Assembly: GCF_006345805.1 (NCBI RefSeq)
Contig: NC_043021.1
Location: 11,222,001-11,286,000, forward strand
Direction of reading: 5' to 3'
Length of the DNA: 64,000 nt
From: Octopus sinensis
Taxonomy: Eukaryota
The notes under the pieces are model-generated. The model did not search any database, was not told the origin of the DNA, and saw only the letters and a program-made list of their open reading frames with translations. Below are positions 62,906-64,000 of this stretch, piece after piece (position 1 is the first letter of the stretch; the number at the start of each line of letters is the position of its first letter). A program made the position numbers and the translations under genes.

Positions 62906-64000
62906 ATTTAGAATATAGATGACAATGATGATCGGTGGTGGTGGTGGTGTTGCTGTTGGTGGTGGTGGTGGTGTTGTTGATAGTGGTGGTGGTGGTGGTG
63001 GTGGTGGTAGTGGTGGTGGTGGCAGTGGTGATGGTGGTGGTGGTGATAGTGGTGGCGACGGTGGTGATAGTGGTGGCGACGGTGGTGATAGTGGTGGTGG
63101 TGGTAATGGTGGGGATGTTGATGATAGCCATGGTGATACAGTAGAGATGACAATGACGATGATAACGACTACAAAATGGAGGTGATGATGATGGTGATGA
63201 TGGTAAATAGGATGATAGTAATGATGGTGATGATGATGGCAGCAATTAAGATGATTGTAATAATGATGATGATGATGATGAACAAAGACAGTGACTATGT
63301 TAATAATGACAATGTTGATTATACTGTTTACAGCCACAAGGCCACAAATACATAATCAGGGGGACTCTGGGGTGGGAGCGCATGTCTCTCTCTCTGTATT
63401 TGTCCCCACCACCACAGCTTGACAGCCAGTGTTGGTTTGTTTGCATTCCCAGAACTTGGCAAAAGACCCCAACAGACTGAGCATCAGATTTTAAGAAGAC
63501 ACAGGTAACTATTTCTTTATTACCCACAAGGGGCTAAACACAGAGGGGACAAACAAGGACAGACATAGGTATTAAGTCGATTACATCTACTCCAGTATGT
63601 AACTGGTACTTAATTTATTGACCCCGAAAGGATGAAAGGCAAAGTTGACCTCGGCAGAATTTGAACTCACAACGTAACGGCAGACGAAATATCGCTAAGC
63701 ATTTCGCCCGGCATGCTAACGTTTCTGCCAGCTACACAGGTACCGGCTTCTTTTACAGACTGGACTGGGTACTTGCTTTTCACATGGCACCAGCACTAGC
63801 AATGTCACCAAATAACTTGCAAAACAAAGATCCATATACATACATATTTCAGATATTCTCATTTCAAAAATCATCTCTTGCTAATCTTTGAAAGGACATT
63901 GGTGTTACCTTGGCGGAGGTTAGCGCTCTCTGGGTGCACTTGTTATTATTATTATGATTACTGTTAGCACGCCAGGAGAAATGCTTGGCAGTAATTCATC

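Overview
Eukaryotic, repeat-saturated genomic DNA, most likely from an octopus/cephalopod (inferred from the tRNA-derived SINE families and extreme microsatellite load). It has no prokaryotic features or CRISPR, and one 100-N gap (10478-10577). Nearly all long ORFs in the supplied track are microsatellite artefacts; the real genes only appear when split exons are assembled by hand. (1) Seven phase-compatible GT-AG exons on the minus strand (62599 down to 33526) give the C-terminal 210 aa of RNF215, a transmembrane RING-H2 E3 ligase whose 5' exons lie beyond the window. (2) A complete, previously unannotated-looking 5-coding-exon gene on the plus strand (45503-58166, 175 aa, AATAAA 4 nt after the stop) is nested antisense inside the 21.8-kb RNF215 intron 37751-59577. 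(3) Two or three minus-strand exons (18039-17974?, 7010-6919, 6173-6072) belong to another unidentified gene; the first carries an in-frame TGA. The same large RNF215 intron also holds a candidate 3-nt (ATG) microexon or alternative first exon, a perfect 85-bp-arm hairpin and a decayed minimal hammerhead ribozyme. The remainder is SINEs, decayed CR1/RTE/R4/L1-Tx1/Penelope retroelements, mariner/maT transposons, pogo/hAT/piggyBac MITEs and mini/microsatellites.
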